From NCBI GenBank assembly GCA_002633005.1, contig NMRA01000269.1, positions 283,169 to 347,168 of the forward strand: DNA of 64,000 bases, given 5' to 3'. Below, one piece after another: positions 49,501 to 63,486 of this stretch. The position numbers and the translations under genes are program-made. Origin of the DNA: Phoronis australis. Taxonomy: Eukaryota > Animalia > Phoronida. Each line of letters starts with the position of its first letter. Position 1 is the stretch's first letter. Under the pieces are notes generated by a model. That model made no database searches, was not told the DNA's origin, and was given only the letters and a program-made list of their open reading frames with translations.

Positions 49501-51152
49501 AAGTTACTCCTGAAACGAGTTGCTAGGTTTGAGTGTTGTCTGGACGCTGTTTAAACTAGCTCAGCTTACCCCACTTGTGACAACTTACTCCGCATTATCG
49601 AGGCGGGGTAATTTGTTCTAGGGTTGCGCCACTTGCTATCGCTGTGTGGCTGCAAAAGTTGGGCTTCGCGGAAGTGATTATCAGCTACGGATGCATGCAG
49701 GCGGGATTTCTTTCGCTCGCCGTATTGTCATTAGATGTTCATTGTCAGGCGGAGTGACAACTTCCGCCTTACCCTAGTTATTGGGTGTATGTGTGTGTGT
49801 GGACGCTCCTCTTAAAATTAGGGTTAGTTGCACTAGTGTGAGTTATTTTAGGGTAGGCTGTGTGTCGACGGGACTTTAGAACACCTGATCATAGTAAATT
49901 GATTTGTCTTCAATTCGAGGTATATTTGATTATGATATCAACCTGCGTTAAGCATACCTCATAGCTTAGTTTCTATCTTTTCTAAATTAGATTTTTTGTA
50001 TGAATGTTGTTGTTTTCTTCTACAAAATGTACCTGCTAAGAAATATACCAAGATGCCTTCAAAATAATCAATACTGGTTCCTTTAAGCATCAGGTTATAA
50101 AACTGGGCAAATTCTTTATGTTGTGTGGAATAATACAATGATTTCCTGTGGGTTTTGGCAGATAATTTCCCCACGGAGCGTTTGTTTGTTATCTATAGAA
50201 TTGACTGAACAAATATTGTTGTAAGAAACCTAATGCAAGTGCAGTCTTTTCCTTCTGCGTACACGTTTCTATGGTTATCATGCCCATCGTGCTAAAGAGG
50301 TTAAAAAATAAATTTCAGATTTTCCTAAATAGTCGTTTTAGATGTACTGTTGATTTCGTCTAAATTCCACGTAGGGTATTGTATTTTCACAGCATTTCCA
50401 ATTTCCTATGATGTCTAACATATATTTAAAGATGTACTTCCAAATGTCTGATATGATCTTAATTAGCAAGTCACCACAAGATTGTGGTTGACCTCTTATA
50501 ATCAATTTGACCTAATTTGGTATTTTTATAGTGTGAAATTGGATATTTGGTTATTTTTTTCCGACAAGTTAATTGTTTCTCAGTGCAGTGCTATTTTTGT
50601 AGTCTGTTGTTAATTAGTATGCTTTTCTTCAAGAGTATGTTTATGTTAAGAATAGACTGTCTATGCACTGTCTCTATTTAAGACAACTCCCATCAGCTAT
50701 CAAAACACTGATCCCTGTTGGCAGTGGAATATATTGACCTCAGCAGGTCTCCTTGGATTTGAATTTATGTTTTTCTCTTGCTTATATAAACAGAGGGCTT
50801 GCTCAGACATGCTGTTGTCTAGGATTTTCTGTAATTTTTAGCAAAAATCATGATGCTCAACAGCATGTCTAAGTTGATTAATGGGCCGGTGGGAAAATGA
50901 AAACCTAAGGAAAAGTTTGAAAGCTGGTTCTGGACCAAATTTTAGGGTGCTCGTGACCATTTCTGGATAATTAAAGAGTTAATTGATTGGATTTAACCCT
51001 CTTACCACTATAAATTTGGTCTGAAACTGTTCCTTATTCAGCTGAGATGATTTCTGGGTTTGCAAACATCTGACAGTTTGTTATTTATTGAGACCATGCT
51101 GGACGCACAGAATGATTTGCACAACCTGATCTCAAGCAGTAATGGAGTCCAG

Positions 51153-51379
51153 GGGCTCGTTTCGAGAAACTGGCTCACGTTCATTTTTTACTTAAGTCTA
51201 AAATTTGTCTCAACTTCAAACTTTGAAACTTCCGTCAAAATTAAGCCAAAACTTATTAATAAGTCAAACCATTAAGATCTCCTTCTTGAAGCTGACTTGA
51301 GACAAATTTAAGTTTTATTTTAAAATTGACTGAAATTTAAGATTCGTCTTGGCTAAGTCAGTTTTCGTGGAACGGGCCT
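51153..51379. mobile_element. MITE family D (PIF/Harbinger-like), CAG/CTG flanks
   Basis: GGGCTCGTTTCGAGAAAC...GTTTTCGTGGAACGGGCCT; body homologous to 60157-60405. Confidence 0.8.
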
Positions 51380-51480
51380 CTGATATCTCTACTTTGACTT
51401 AGACACAATTCGATTCCTATGAAGTAACAACAAGTGGTATATATCAAACACTGATTTTGGGGCAATAGTCTGATTCAATG

Positions 51481-51550
51481 TGCCCGTATTTTGAGAACCA
51501 GTTTGATGCCCGTTATCCAGTGGAGAAAACTGGTTCTCAAAATTCGGGCA
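51481..51550. repeat. 70-bp palindromic element; inverted copy at 52199-52269
   Basis: tgcccgtattttgagaaccagttt...aaactggttctcaaaattcgggca self-pairs; internal atgcccgttat is inverted as ataacgggcat in the second copy. Confidence 0.75.
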
Positions 51551-51782
51551 TGTTATACCAGATCTTTACCGGTTTTTTGTGATGGGAGTTAGGTTTATAG
51601 CCACTTTAAATATTGCACTTAAAAGACGGTGAACTGTTTCAGTCCTAATATTTTCAATAAATCAACAGCTTTTACTTTTTAACACCATGTCTCTTTCTCT
51701 ACTAGTCTTTATGTCACTTTGCTCTGTCTGTTGCTGACATATTTTTCAGCAATCATGTGACCTTGAGGTTATTGTTTTCCAG

Positions 51783-51813
51783 GGAAAAAGACTATTTGTG
51801 CGAGAGGAGGGAG
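51783..51813 (+). CDS. fry: furry exon 5, 31-nt mini-exon ((G)EKDYLCERRE)
   Basis: ttttccAG / GAG|GTAGGT; phase 2-0; matches FRY QRDYLMERRD; too short for the ORF track. Confidence 0.88.
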
Positions 51814-53234
51814 GTAGGTATTTCTGTCATCAACTTTTATAATTGTATTTTAAGTTGCTAGACTCAGTTTGGGGAAGAAGGATGGTCAGAATTCAATTAA
51901 AAAGAATTTTTTATGTATCATTTCATAATAAATCGCAACCTTTGATCTGGGTACAAATTCACCAAAGCCGCCTGTCCTTAATTGTCCAACAATAGTCGCG
52001 GAAGAAATGTGTTGGTTTCCCCTGAAAAGTCTGGAAGATTGCCAATCAAATGCCAAATACCTCTCTCCACGTGTTTGTGGAAAATGTTTTAAAACTGCGA
52101 AAAGCTTTAAAATCTTTTTCACGTTTTATTCCAAACAATTGGAAACCAATCGAAAGTGGTAAGAGAATAAGGATGCAGGGTAATAGTCCCTCACAGGGGG
52201 CCCGCGTTTTGAGAAACCATTTTCTCAACCGAATAACGGGCATAAAACTCTGGTTCTCAATTCTGGCACTCCTGAAAGTGACTATTGCCGGATTCAGCCA
52301 CTTTTAGCACTCTTTAATTTGCCATTTTTGAACACAGAATAATTTTCATCAGTCCACTAATGTATATACAGCGAGTACTTTGAATTGCGGACGTTCACTT
52401 GATAGGAGGCCCAAGTTAGATTCCTGCGTTAGCTGCACACTTATTCTCTGTTGACTTGTTTTGCTTGGCCATAACTTAAGTGTGAGTGGAAAGGGAGGGA
52501 ATGTAGTATGAATGTGTTGAGGATCCTTATGGAAGGTAGTGTACGTCACTGACCAGGTTATCCTAGTTAAAGAATATTTAATAAGATGTTTTTAAAATGG
52601 TTGCAGTAATGCTCTATTTATTTTGGGCAAAAATTGTTGCCAAAATTATCATTTTAGCATTTTAGCCGATTGCTTTGCTTCAAATAGTAGAGACTTAAAA
52701 AAAATTGTTTTATGATATCTTCACGTACAAACTACACTAGTAATGAAGAAGCCAAAATTTATTTTGTCTGGTTTCTTCACAAAAATAAAGATTAATGAAA
52801 TTCTAGTCATTTTTCTAAGTTTATGAAAGGTAATTCTGTCTCCTTCATCTTCACTCACCTTTTTGTGTTGCATCACCAGAAATCAATCCATATAACTAAT
52901 ATTCAGTTTCTATTGTTGTACTGCTGAAAACTTCATGTCTGCTGAAACATAACTGACTGTAGTTTCCATGAAATTGTCTTCCCACGTTTTGCATGCTTCA
53001 TTGATTAGTCTGAGCTCACATTGTGTAAATTTGACATTACTGTTGAAAAGATATTATTAATGATCTGCGGAAATGCATCGTGTACTGTATCCTGAAGAAC
53101 AGGACATAACGCGGTGGTGTGAAATGGCCTTAACTGACTTTGTTTTGCAAACACCTTTGAAGAACAGGACATAAAGCAACGGTGTGAAATGGTCTTAACT
53201 TGTCATTCACTGTTTCCTTTTTATCTCTTTACAG

Positions 53235-53285
53235 TTGGCTGTTGAGTTTATTTATTGTTTGGTGCTAATTGAAGTGTTGAAGCAG
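53235..53285 (+). CDS. fry: furry exon 6 (LAVEFIYCLVLIEVLKQ)
   Basis: ctctttacAG / CAG|GTAAGT; matches FRY LAIDFIFSLVLIEVLKQ. Confidence 0.93.
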
Positions 53286-56152
53286 GTAAGTTGTGAGCCA
53301 CCAGAGGTTTAAATGGAATGACAAATAAATATTCACACATAAAGTGACGGGTTTAACTGGAGAGCAATAAAATACGAGTACACTGCGTTGCCTTTATTAG
53401 CTCAATATAGATAAAGTCGTGATAAAACACAAGCCTTCAAACAAATGTCTGCTGGTTGCTATTGTCCAATAATTGAGCTTGAAAATGCTAAAGCATAAAT
53501 TCGGCGCTACATATCTTTCGTAGAAAAATGAAAAAAAAGAAATTTCGCTTGTCAGCCATATGGTGTCCTAAAATGGTGAGGTTTTACTATAAATCTTTGA
53601 AATTTTACCCTAAATTCTCTCTCTGCTGCCTCTGCCATGTTGAAATTTTCGGTTAAATTTTTCATGATGGTAATATTTATTGCGGAATACAAACAAAGTG
53701 AACAACAAAACGCACGCATCCGGAATTTGTCAGGCAGTAATGTGGGTTTACCAGTTAGGGCTTGTAAAAGCACTGTAATGCAACTGCAGTTGCCCGAAAA
53801 GTAAATTGTTATATTTGGGATAACAAATGGAAAGAAACGCGATGCATTATTTGTATAAAACTCAGGGAGGTGCAGGAACATGAACGTGTGAGAATAGAGA
53901 GCTGTTGGGACCATGAAAGTTGTGGGAATTATTGGAAGTGAAAGCTGTTACAATATCTTTAAGTCCAGTAGAATAAGCTCACGAAAAATATTATCTGAAA
54001 TGGAAACACAATATGAGTGACATGTTGTCATGGTGCCGTTCAAATGTCAGTCAGTGCATAGGTCNCTTCGACAAAGATTCCTGATTGTCAGACACAGGTT
54101 GTAATTGCTGGTGTTTACACAAAGCCAGTCCTAAATTTCAAGTTGGATTTTTGCCATGATGTTGTCACCAGATCCTGGCTTCAAGCCCTAGCTATAGGAT
54201 TTGTGCCACTTCTATTGACCTTGTTTATTAGAACTTGTCTAAAATTTCTCATTCGTGTCATGAATGCTTAATTGATCTCTATTTTTACACTTTCTCTCTA
54301 TTCACATCAAAATTCCATCATCAAAAGTATTAATCTCTTTGCCCTCTTCAAAGTGCCAACATCATTTAATATTTACGTCCTTTTTTGATTTCAAACCAAC
54401 GCTTTATTCGTGACAGTTTGATTTATGCGTTACTATTTGACATCAATAATAGCTGTATTGTCAGAAACCAGTATCCTCTTGCAGCAAAAGCAGGCAGTGG
54501 CTGAGATCAAACTCCCATGCATTCATTAGCCTGATTTCCATCCATGTTGGCAGTGTAAAGTACTAATCACATTAGGGTTCTTCAATTATGTGGTCTACTG
54601 AGTCATATAAAACTCATGCCTAACAGTAGAAAAGGAACCGCACATCAATTCGCAGCGTATGATGCCATTGCGCGTTATGATGAAGAAACCAAATTAAGTC
54701 TACTGCGTGTAATGGATTATGTTTCCCTCGTGACGTACACTTTGTGTTCGTCTGAACCGTACTCGAGATGAGATTTGTCGACAATGTTCCGATTGACCGA
54801 GTTTCCCTGGTTAACTAATGTCGCTTAAAGCTTTCATGTCTGCTGCAATGCCAGTGGAGTTGAGAACTGAGTTTTTGAGCGGCATTTACTGTCCTTCATG
54901 CTAAGGTCTGTGGATGCTTCTGACATCTTATCAGCTGGAAACCGATATTATCTAAACACACAACTGGCATCCCATTTCCCCTTATATTTGAAGAGCTGCT
55001 GCCTGTGTTAGTTCAATACGTTTTGACATTTGCTCAGGTTATTTATATGCAGTGTGAGAGTATCATATTCTTGAATAGAACTCTATTGTGCTGTTGTTTT
55101 TCATGACATTCATAATTCAAGGCGAGTATTAAGATGAGTATGACCAACAATTACGATAGGCGTTGCCTAGATTGGGTTTGTGAAAATTTGATTATTTGGG
55201 TCAAGGTCAGACAGAGCTTGTACCAAATTTTAGAAATTTGCAATAGTGGTCATTTCAATTCAAGAGTTATGATCAAAGACGAACACTTATTCAATTCAAT
55301 GTTACACGCAATTGGGACACATGTAAAGGTTGCATTGGTGGCTGTTTTTGACAATTTTTTGAACTATTAGTCTATTTTGTCTGATTCAGTTGATACAATC
55401 GTTGTGTCAGATATTTGGGAAATATGATGAATGCCAAAATTGTCCATACCCCAATCTTCAGTGTAAAGAAAATTCTAATTCCTCTTGAATTATTGTCCCA
55501 AATTTTAGAGAGTGTCCCAGACTGGAGAATCTTAACCGTATTCTGTTGAGGAGCCCGGAAGTTTACTAGGTGACGCCATCTATGAAACGGAGGTCTCACT
55601 TGAAAAATGCCGGCACGTGTTACCCTTAACCTCCATGTGACCCCATGCAGCTAAAGAAGTTTCAGTTCATTCTCGGTCCATTCCACCTCTTCTTTAGCAC
55701 CACCTGGTGAATAAGCAGTGACTGTCTCTCTAGTTTGGAGTTGACATCATTTTCCACACAAAACACAATTCTGTATTTCCAACCTCTGTGTTTTATTGAA
55801 GGACCCAAAATAGCATAATTGGCTCTAGCCTGTGTTTTTTAAATTGATTCAGGGATGCGATATTTTCAAAGGAAAGTGTCACTTCATGACAGATGAAATG
55901 AGTCGGGGTCCATTTTTTTATCCCCTGTGTTGGCTGGTGTTGTTCGCATTCCATTTTTTACCTAGTGTCACCAGATGTCATCAGTGAGGCACAGGTTTCA
56001 GAACCACTAATGCTATTTCGTGGCCTAATAAGGTTACCTTTTATGTGTCTCCAGTTACCTTTTTAATCAAGCTTGTGCCAGTTTGTCATGCTATTCAATG
56101 ACCTTTGAACTTTTACCCCTCAACCCGTGACACTGTGTCATCCATGTTCCAG

Positions 56153-56232
56153 CTCCAGTTCCACCCGGGTCATGACGACTTGGTGAACCATATCCTGTCC
56201 CAAGCATTCCGCCACTTCAAGTGTAAAGAAAC
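56153..56232 (+). CDS. fry: furry exon 7 (LQFHPGHDDLVNHILSQAFRHFKCKE(T))
   Basis: gttccAG / AC|GTGAGT; matches FRY IPLHP...LAFKHFKYKEG. Confidence 0.9.
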
Positions 56233-56739
56233 GTGAGTTTTTGCTCCTTCAGTTAAAGCTGCATTTTGTCCGTTTAGCTGGCTAAAAAAACGAAAATCAA
56301 ATTAGGCTTTTTTGCTCTCGTAATATCGATCTCATAAATTTCCTTATTGTGACAAGATTCTATTTCCTTTAGCAACTCGGGGTACAGGCAATGTGTACAT
56401 GCACCAGATATAGCTTTAAGAAAACGTCACACGCCCTCACTTAACAATAAACACATAATTTGACAACAGTGGTCCAGGGAGTGACATAATAAACAGTTCG
56501 TCGCTTATAAGTGTTGAGATAAAGATGAATGAGAGCCAAGAAAATAATAATTTTCTTTAAAATATTTCAGGTAGTTGGCATTGTATAAACAGTTCCTAAA
56601 GCTGCAGCTTTCTCTTTGAAGAATCCAAAGTACTTGATGCAGAATTTTTATTTTTTGTATTTTTGACCACTGTTTTTGAATATATGTTGAGTCGAGCTAT
56701 CAAGTGACTCGTCTTATTAAGTTGTTTTGTATATTTCAG

Positions 56740-56823
56740 TGTTGCTGGATCCCCTAATGAAGATAACATCAACATCATTGCCGATTTGTTCTCTGAAGTC
56801 CTTGGTGTTCTTGCACAGTCAAG
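56740..56823 (+). CDS. fry: furry exon 8 (VAGSPNEDNINIIADLFSEVLGVLAQS(R))
   Basis: atttcAG / AAG|GTGGGT; phase 2-2; matches FRY [25 protein letters not shown]. Confidence 0.92.
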
Positions 56824-57089
56824 GTGGGTTTAAGAACCCTCATGCCAATCCCTGTTCACATTAAAATCTATTTACTTTGAGAATAATTTTGCTTATGCTA
56901 TGATTTACTTTGAATTGAAATTCAATGCATGGGTGTTTACAGATTGACTGTCGGTACATTTCTGCTATTTTATCTCCCACTGATCCATTTACAGGCTCTA
57001 CTGTAGCGGAAAAGCTTTGTGACAATTTTAAGAATTTTGCGGTAAAAATTCATTTTTGTTATATGCCCTTTATGTACCCAGTGTTTTGA

Positions 57090-57413
<324 letters not shown>

Positions 57414-57683
57414 TAAGATGTATACATTTCTGTTTTTTTAAAAACTTTATTGCTCTTAGCATCCACTGCTTGACTCAGAAGAATTTGAAAGAGAAAGATT
57501 AGTTGAAGTGTATGTTGTTAATGAAAAGGGCCTGTAATTTTAGTTTACACGTTTATTTTTATCATCTTGGGAGCACACACTTTTCTTTATGACACAATTA
57601 TTCAATTGGTATCCCTACCACAACACACTTTGCGTTTGTTTGATATCCCAGGAAGTCATTACAGTGACTTGTTTCTACCTTAG

Positions 57684-57821
57684 CTTCACCGTATCCAAGA
57701 CTTCGAGGCTGGCATGGCATTCCTGAGTGAGCTGGGTAACTATTATTTGGAAACGAAGGACAAAGAGATAAGACAGGCCCTGGCCGGAGTGTTTGTTGAG
57801 ATACTCCTGCCTATGTCAGCT
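57684..57821 (+). CDS. fry: furry exon 10 (LHRIQDFEAGMAFLSELGNYYLETKDKEIRQALAGVFVEILLPMSA)
   Basis: ctaccttAG / GCT|GTAAGT; matches FRY [24 protein letters not shown]. Confidence 0.94.
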
Positions 57822-58180
57822 GTAAGTCATTATACATCTGTGACAGTCAATCCTCATTATGTTATTAGCGTGGCAGCAGTGTACAACTGTGGGACTAGTG
57901 CTCCACGCACGTGCGCAGCACTGTGGGTAATTACTGCATTATTGGGGAGCACTCTGTAGTACTGGCAGAAGTGGCCAATTAAGTCCTGTGCTGCAGCTTC
58001 GTTGAAAATGGGTTTCGTTTCATGTCTTGGATGGAACTCTTTGTTTAACATAATGAACTGTTGTTTCTAAATGCATGTGACGACACCGCGGATTTAAAGT
58101 CTGTGACTTTGGTTTGGTCTAATTAGCGCCGTATGGGAATTTAAATAGGATGGTAGTAAGCGTGTTCTGTTTGCGCATAG

Positions 58181-58282
58181 GTGGTGACAACTGAAGTGAA
58201 CGTACCGCTGGTGAGGGACTTTGTGGAGAAGCTCTATTTTACCAACTTTGATCTGGCAGCCAAGAGCAAGAAGCACCAACTG
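58181..58282 (+). CDS. fry: furry exon 11 (VVTTEVNVPLVRDFVEKLYFTNFDLAAKSKKHQL)
   Basis: gcatAG / CTG|GTAAGT; matches FRY VKNEVNVPCLRNFVESLY...KKHSL. Confidence 0.93.
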
Positions 58283-58998
58283 GTAAGTCGGGCGCGGGCC
58301 AACGACGGGTGTGTCGCACCAGCAAACCAACTACTGCCACAACACGACTTCTAAATCAGATATGATGATCCTGGAGATGGTTAAGATTTAGTGCATGAAG
58401 TAGGGAAAGTTACGGTGGTTAGCAGAACTAGCAGTTTTCGCCAAGACGAATCTTCAGCAGAATCTATCTTTGTGGGACGCGACTGGAGGATATTTTTGGT
58501 GAAGTTTTCAGTTGTGAGACTGCAATTCATGCATGCTTTAAAACGGTTTCTACTGTAATTTGTTTTCTCTGAAACTGGTTTTGCGATTTGGGTTGTCTTG
58601 TTATTTAGTCTGGTACATGTATTCAATTGCAACGTCGACAGTTAGAGAGAAGTAAATAGTTTGCTGTCTGCAGTTTTTGTTAGAAACTCGTTTTGTCTAT
58701 CTTTACTGTTGTTGACTTGTGCCATTTTCTTTGCGTCTGCAGATTTCCTGGAATTCCACTGACCGCTTTTTGGACCACCGAGTAAACTGTTGACAGATTC
58801 TTTCAAAATGACTTAACATTTCTTTGTCATTTTGTTATTTTTCTACTAACATTTCCATGAACAAAACGGTGAATAAGCGCTCTTATTTGTTTTGTGTATG
58901 ACCCTAAGTATTAGATGTAACAGTTTTTCAAAGTTCAAGATCTGTACTCTAGTTCTGGACTCTGTTTTTGAAGTAATATTTCTGACATTACTCTGTAG

Positions 58999-59268
<270 letters not shown>

Positions 59269-59853
59269 TGAATTGTGGGGGTGGATCTTCTTCAGACAAC
59301 TTATTGATCGTAATAAATGAGTCAAGAAGTGCAATGTCATCATTAACCTTGAAAACTTGTCGTGGATGAAGCTTCTCGATTCCAGTCTGTTGACAGATTT
59401 CGTTTTGTTGTATGCCAGTCCACACTTTTCATGCATTCTGTTGAAGTATTTCTCTTCGAATTGTTTTGATTGGTCGTGTATATAGCACAAGACAGACGGA
59501 ACATTGTTTTCCTGACGGATAATTCTATCAAGAGCAAAAATTACTGACAATAACTAATAGGGTGGCAAAATTCTAATTACAGAGTGGCTTATTTACTTCG
59601 AAATTCCTGGTAATTTCCCTTCATTCTCAGTCATGACAGAAGACTCTTCTGCTGTTGAATTCGTCCTCCGGTCATCTGTCGTGACGGGGAATTCCGGGTC
59701 ACTTTGTATGAATACTTTTACCTTGTACCTTATTCATCCCTGATTGCTGGTCTGTGATTTTGAATGATATTTTAAAATAATTGTAAATGCAGGAGTTGAT
59801 GATTGTTGTTCATCTGTTGTTACCGCAGTTGAATATAAGAATTATCAATGTGA

Positions 59854-60405
<552 letters not shown>

Positions 60406-60868
60406 CTGAAGTATCTTGTTCTAAAAGGTGTTTGTGCCTTGAGTCTTTGCATGCTCTGCTAGCCATTTTAAAGACCTTTTGGGGGATCTTATTACTGTGT
60501 CAACACTCTCAGTAAGAGGCTAAAATTTCATCGTTTCATTATATCGTACTCTCGAGTTACCACCAGATTGGAAAAAATACTGCCATGTTTCAAGTTTTGT
60601 GGATTCAACTCTTGCATTATTGTGAAGTGAACCCAAGGACACTGTAAAGAGTGAAACACATGCTGCTCTCGATTCCCACTGCCTGTTCAGTTTGATCAAC
60701 CAGCTAACACATCTGATTGGTTCTCGATGTCGAGTCCTGTTCTTCAAACCAATCAGATTTCTTGACATAATTGGCTGTAAAGTGTTGCGAGATTTTCCCC
60801 GATCATTATTATCTTCAATTCACGGCACTTGAATCAGTCTTATGTATGAGTGTTTCGATGGTAGATGA

Positions 60869-61222
<354 letters not shown>

Positions 61223-61436
61223 TAAGTGGTGGGGTGTTAGTTACCTGTTGTCACTGTAAAAGTTTACAACTGTAATGATTAGTTTCCAGGTATAGTGGTT
61301 TGTAATTGTACTAATACTAAGGGTTTAATTAGGCATACTCGTTAAGCGTAGAATTAATCATCACTAAAAGCTGTGTAATGAATAATCATGATCATCAAAT
61401 CATGATGGTTCAAAGTTCAGAGTTCAAAATTCATAG

Positions 61437-61649
<213 letters not shown>

Positions 61650-62174
61650 TGATAGATGCAAGTGTTGAAATAAATACTGTTTAGCCACTACATGTGGCGT
61701 TTTGAGACAACATTTTAAGTAACTATGGTTTGTGTGCTTGAAGATGAATATTTTGGTAGTTCATATGTACGAACGGTCGCTCTCTGTGCTGCATTTTCTG
61801 AGAAGAGAAAAGCTAGTCTTCGTACATGTCGCGTGTTGGCCTCGTCGGGTGACCTAAGAGTTAAGTCTGCATGTTAGTAGAAAGTCCCGAGTTTGAGCCC
61901 TGGTCGGTTTTCAGACTTTATTTTAGGTCACGTGATGTGACCAACATATGGGGTCTTAGAAGACTAATAATTCTTACTATTTATTATAGAGACCTGTAAA
62001 TGGCATTGTAGTTGGTGAGGGTTGTAATCAAAATTGATAGCTGTTATATTGGTGTGAGTATTTTTTGATATAGCGTTCAATTTAGATATTTATGTTAAAA
62101 TTCTATCGAAATTGTATTTGTAGTAGGTCCATGTCAAACCTTGATGGCTGATATTGCTGTTCCTTTGTTTTCAG

Positions 62175-62370
62175 GTTGGCCATCCAATCACTGCACAATC
62201 TGGTGGTGAACTTCCCCGAGTGGCGACAGGATGTACTACATGGCTTTGTGCAGTTCATTCAGAAAGAGGTCGCCGACACTCAGCCTCAGATGTTGGACAA
62301 CGCGCTTCGTCTGCTGGGGCAATACGTGATTCAGTGGAAGACGGCTGCGAGTTCGGCCGCAGGGGCCAAG
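62175..62370 (+). CDS. fry: furry exon 16 (LAIQSLHNLVVNFPEWRQDVLHGF...QWKTAASSAAGAK)
   Basis: ttttcAG / AAG|GTGAGT; matches FRY DFSDWREDVLFGF...LTQWK. Confidence 0.94.
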
Positions 62371-62513
62371 GTGAGTGGTGATCTTTGAAGCCACTAGGTG
62401 GAGCTGCTATACTGACTGGTGCAGAGACATGTTGTAAAGAGCATGCATAAACACATCCAGACATTTGCTTGTGTGTGAAAGCTGCAGATTTGTGTCAGTA
62501 ATATTGTGGTAGA

Positions 62514-62790
62514 ACCTGTATAGTTCTGTGGTGAGTGTGGGGAGTCAACCTAGGATCGTGGGTTCAATCCCTGACTACTGCTGCTGCTGTGTAGCTGAGT
62601 TCTTGAGTAAGGCACTTAGTGCAGCGTTGCTCAAGTCGAATTAGTTGTGTATTTGTATTGGCCGTAGCTTGGAAATTACCTAAGATGAACTGTTGTTGTG
62701 TTTAGGAGGAGATGAAAGATTCTCATCTACTAAAGAACCTGAATTAGCAGCCGGTCTTATGAGCCTGATGGCTCACGAAGGATTTAGTTT
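62514..62790 (+). mobile_element. tRNA-derived CORE-type SINE remnant
   Basis: A-box-like TAGTTCTGTGG (62521), B-box GGTTCAATCC (62561), CORE-like ttcttgagtaaggcactta, 3' tail actaaagaacctg...atgagcct. Confidence 0.6.
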
Positions 62791-62919
62791 TTTATATTAG
62801 TTAGGTTTCTTAGAATTCATGTTCCTGCTGTAAGTAGCCCATGAACTGAAGCTGGCAACCCTTTCATCAACTCGTGCGGTCATTTTGCTGTGTTAAACAG
62901 ATACTTGACTCTTCTTCAG

Positions 62920-63114
62920 GAGAAGTCGGAGCCTGTCGTTGAGCTGTCGGCGCATAGGCTGCCGTATGAGCGTAGTGCTCACGCCGCGGTGCTCAATGAA
63001 GTGGAGGCCTTGTCACTGGTCATGCTGTGCAGCTGTCGCTCGGTCACGCGGAAACTGGCGGTGAATCTGCTCAAAGAAGCGCGCAACCTGTTCCATATCC
63101 TTGGCTTCTCCAAG
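62920..63114 (+). CDS. fry: furry exon 17 (EKSEPVVELSAHRLPYERS...TRKLAVNLLKEARNLFHILGFSK)
   Basis: cttcttcAG / AAG|GTAATT; matches FRY VLHAVEGFALVLLCS...TRKLSVLILKEIR. Confidence 0.93.
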
Positions 63115-63396
63115 GTAATTGTAGTTTATAATTGGCTTGTGTGAGTGTAGATTTGTTCTTAATTTAGTCAACACAGCGTAGCAGCATATTCACTTGTGTT
63201 TCACGGTCTAACAGACCTTGTGAAATCTCATTACTGTGAATTCACTTTTAGATTCCACATAACGTTTGTGGTGAAATTGTTTGTTTCATGTGTTCACAGC
63301 TGTTGACATTCGCATCACTATGTCCTTGCGTACTTTATTTTTGATTATGGACTCTCCACCTTGTTAAGAGCATTTCTTTTCTCTTGCCTGTGCTAG

Positions 63397-63486
63397 GTGG
63401 ATGACCCCTGTGTCCTGGATGTGATTGACAGGGCCCTGCCCTCCATCATTGAGAACGTGCTGCCAACTCTTCCAGCTCAAGAACGG
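63397..63486 (+). CDS. fry: furry exon 18 (VDDPCVLDVIDRALPSIIENVLPTLPAQER)
   Basis: gtgctAG / CGG|GTAGGT; 90 nt; matches FRY DDRPMIDVMDQLSSSILE. Confidence 0.88.

Noticed and set aside
54061-54070. Third ambiguous base n at 54065
   Set aside because: No flanking duplication or element end visible; exon chain 6-7 is complete across it
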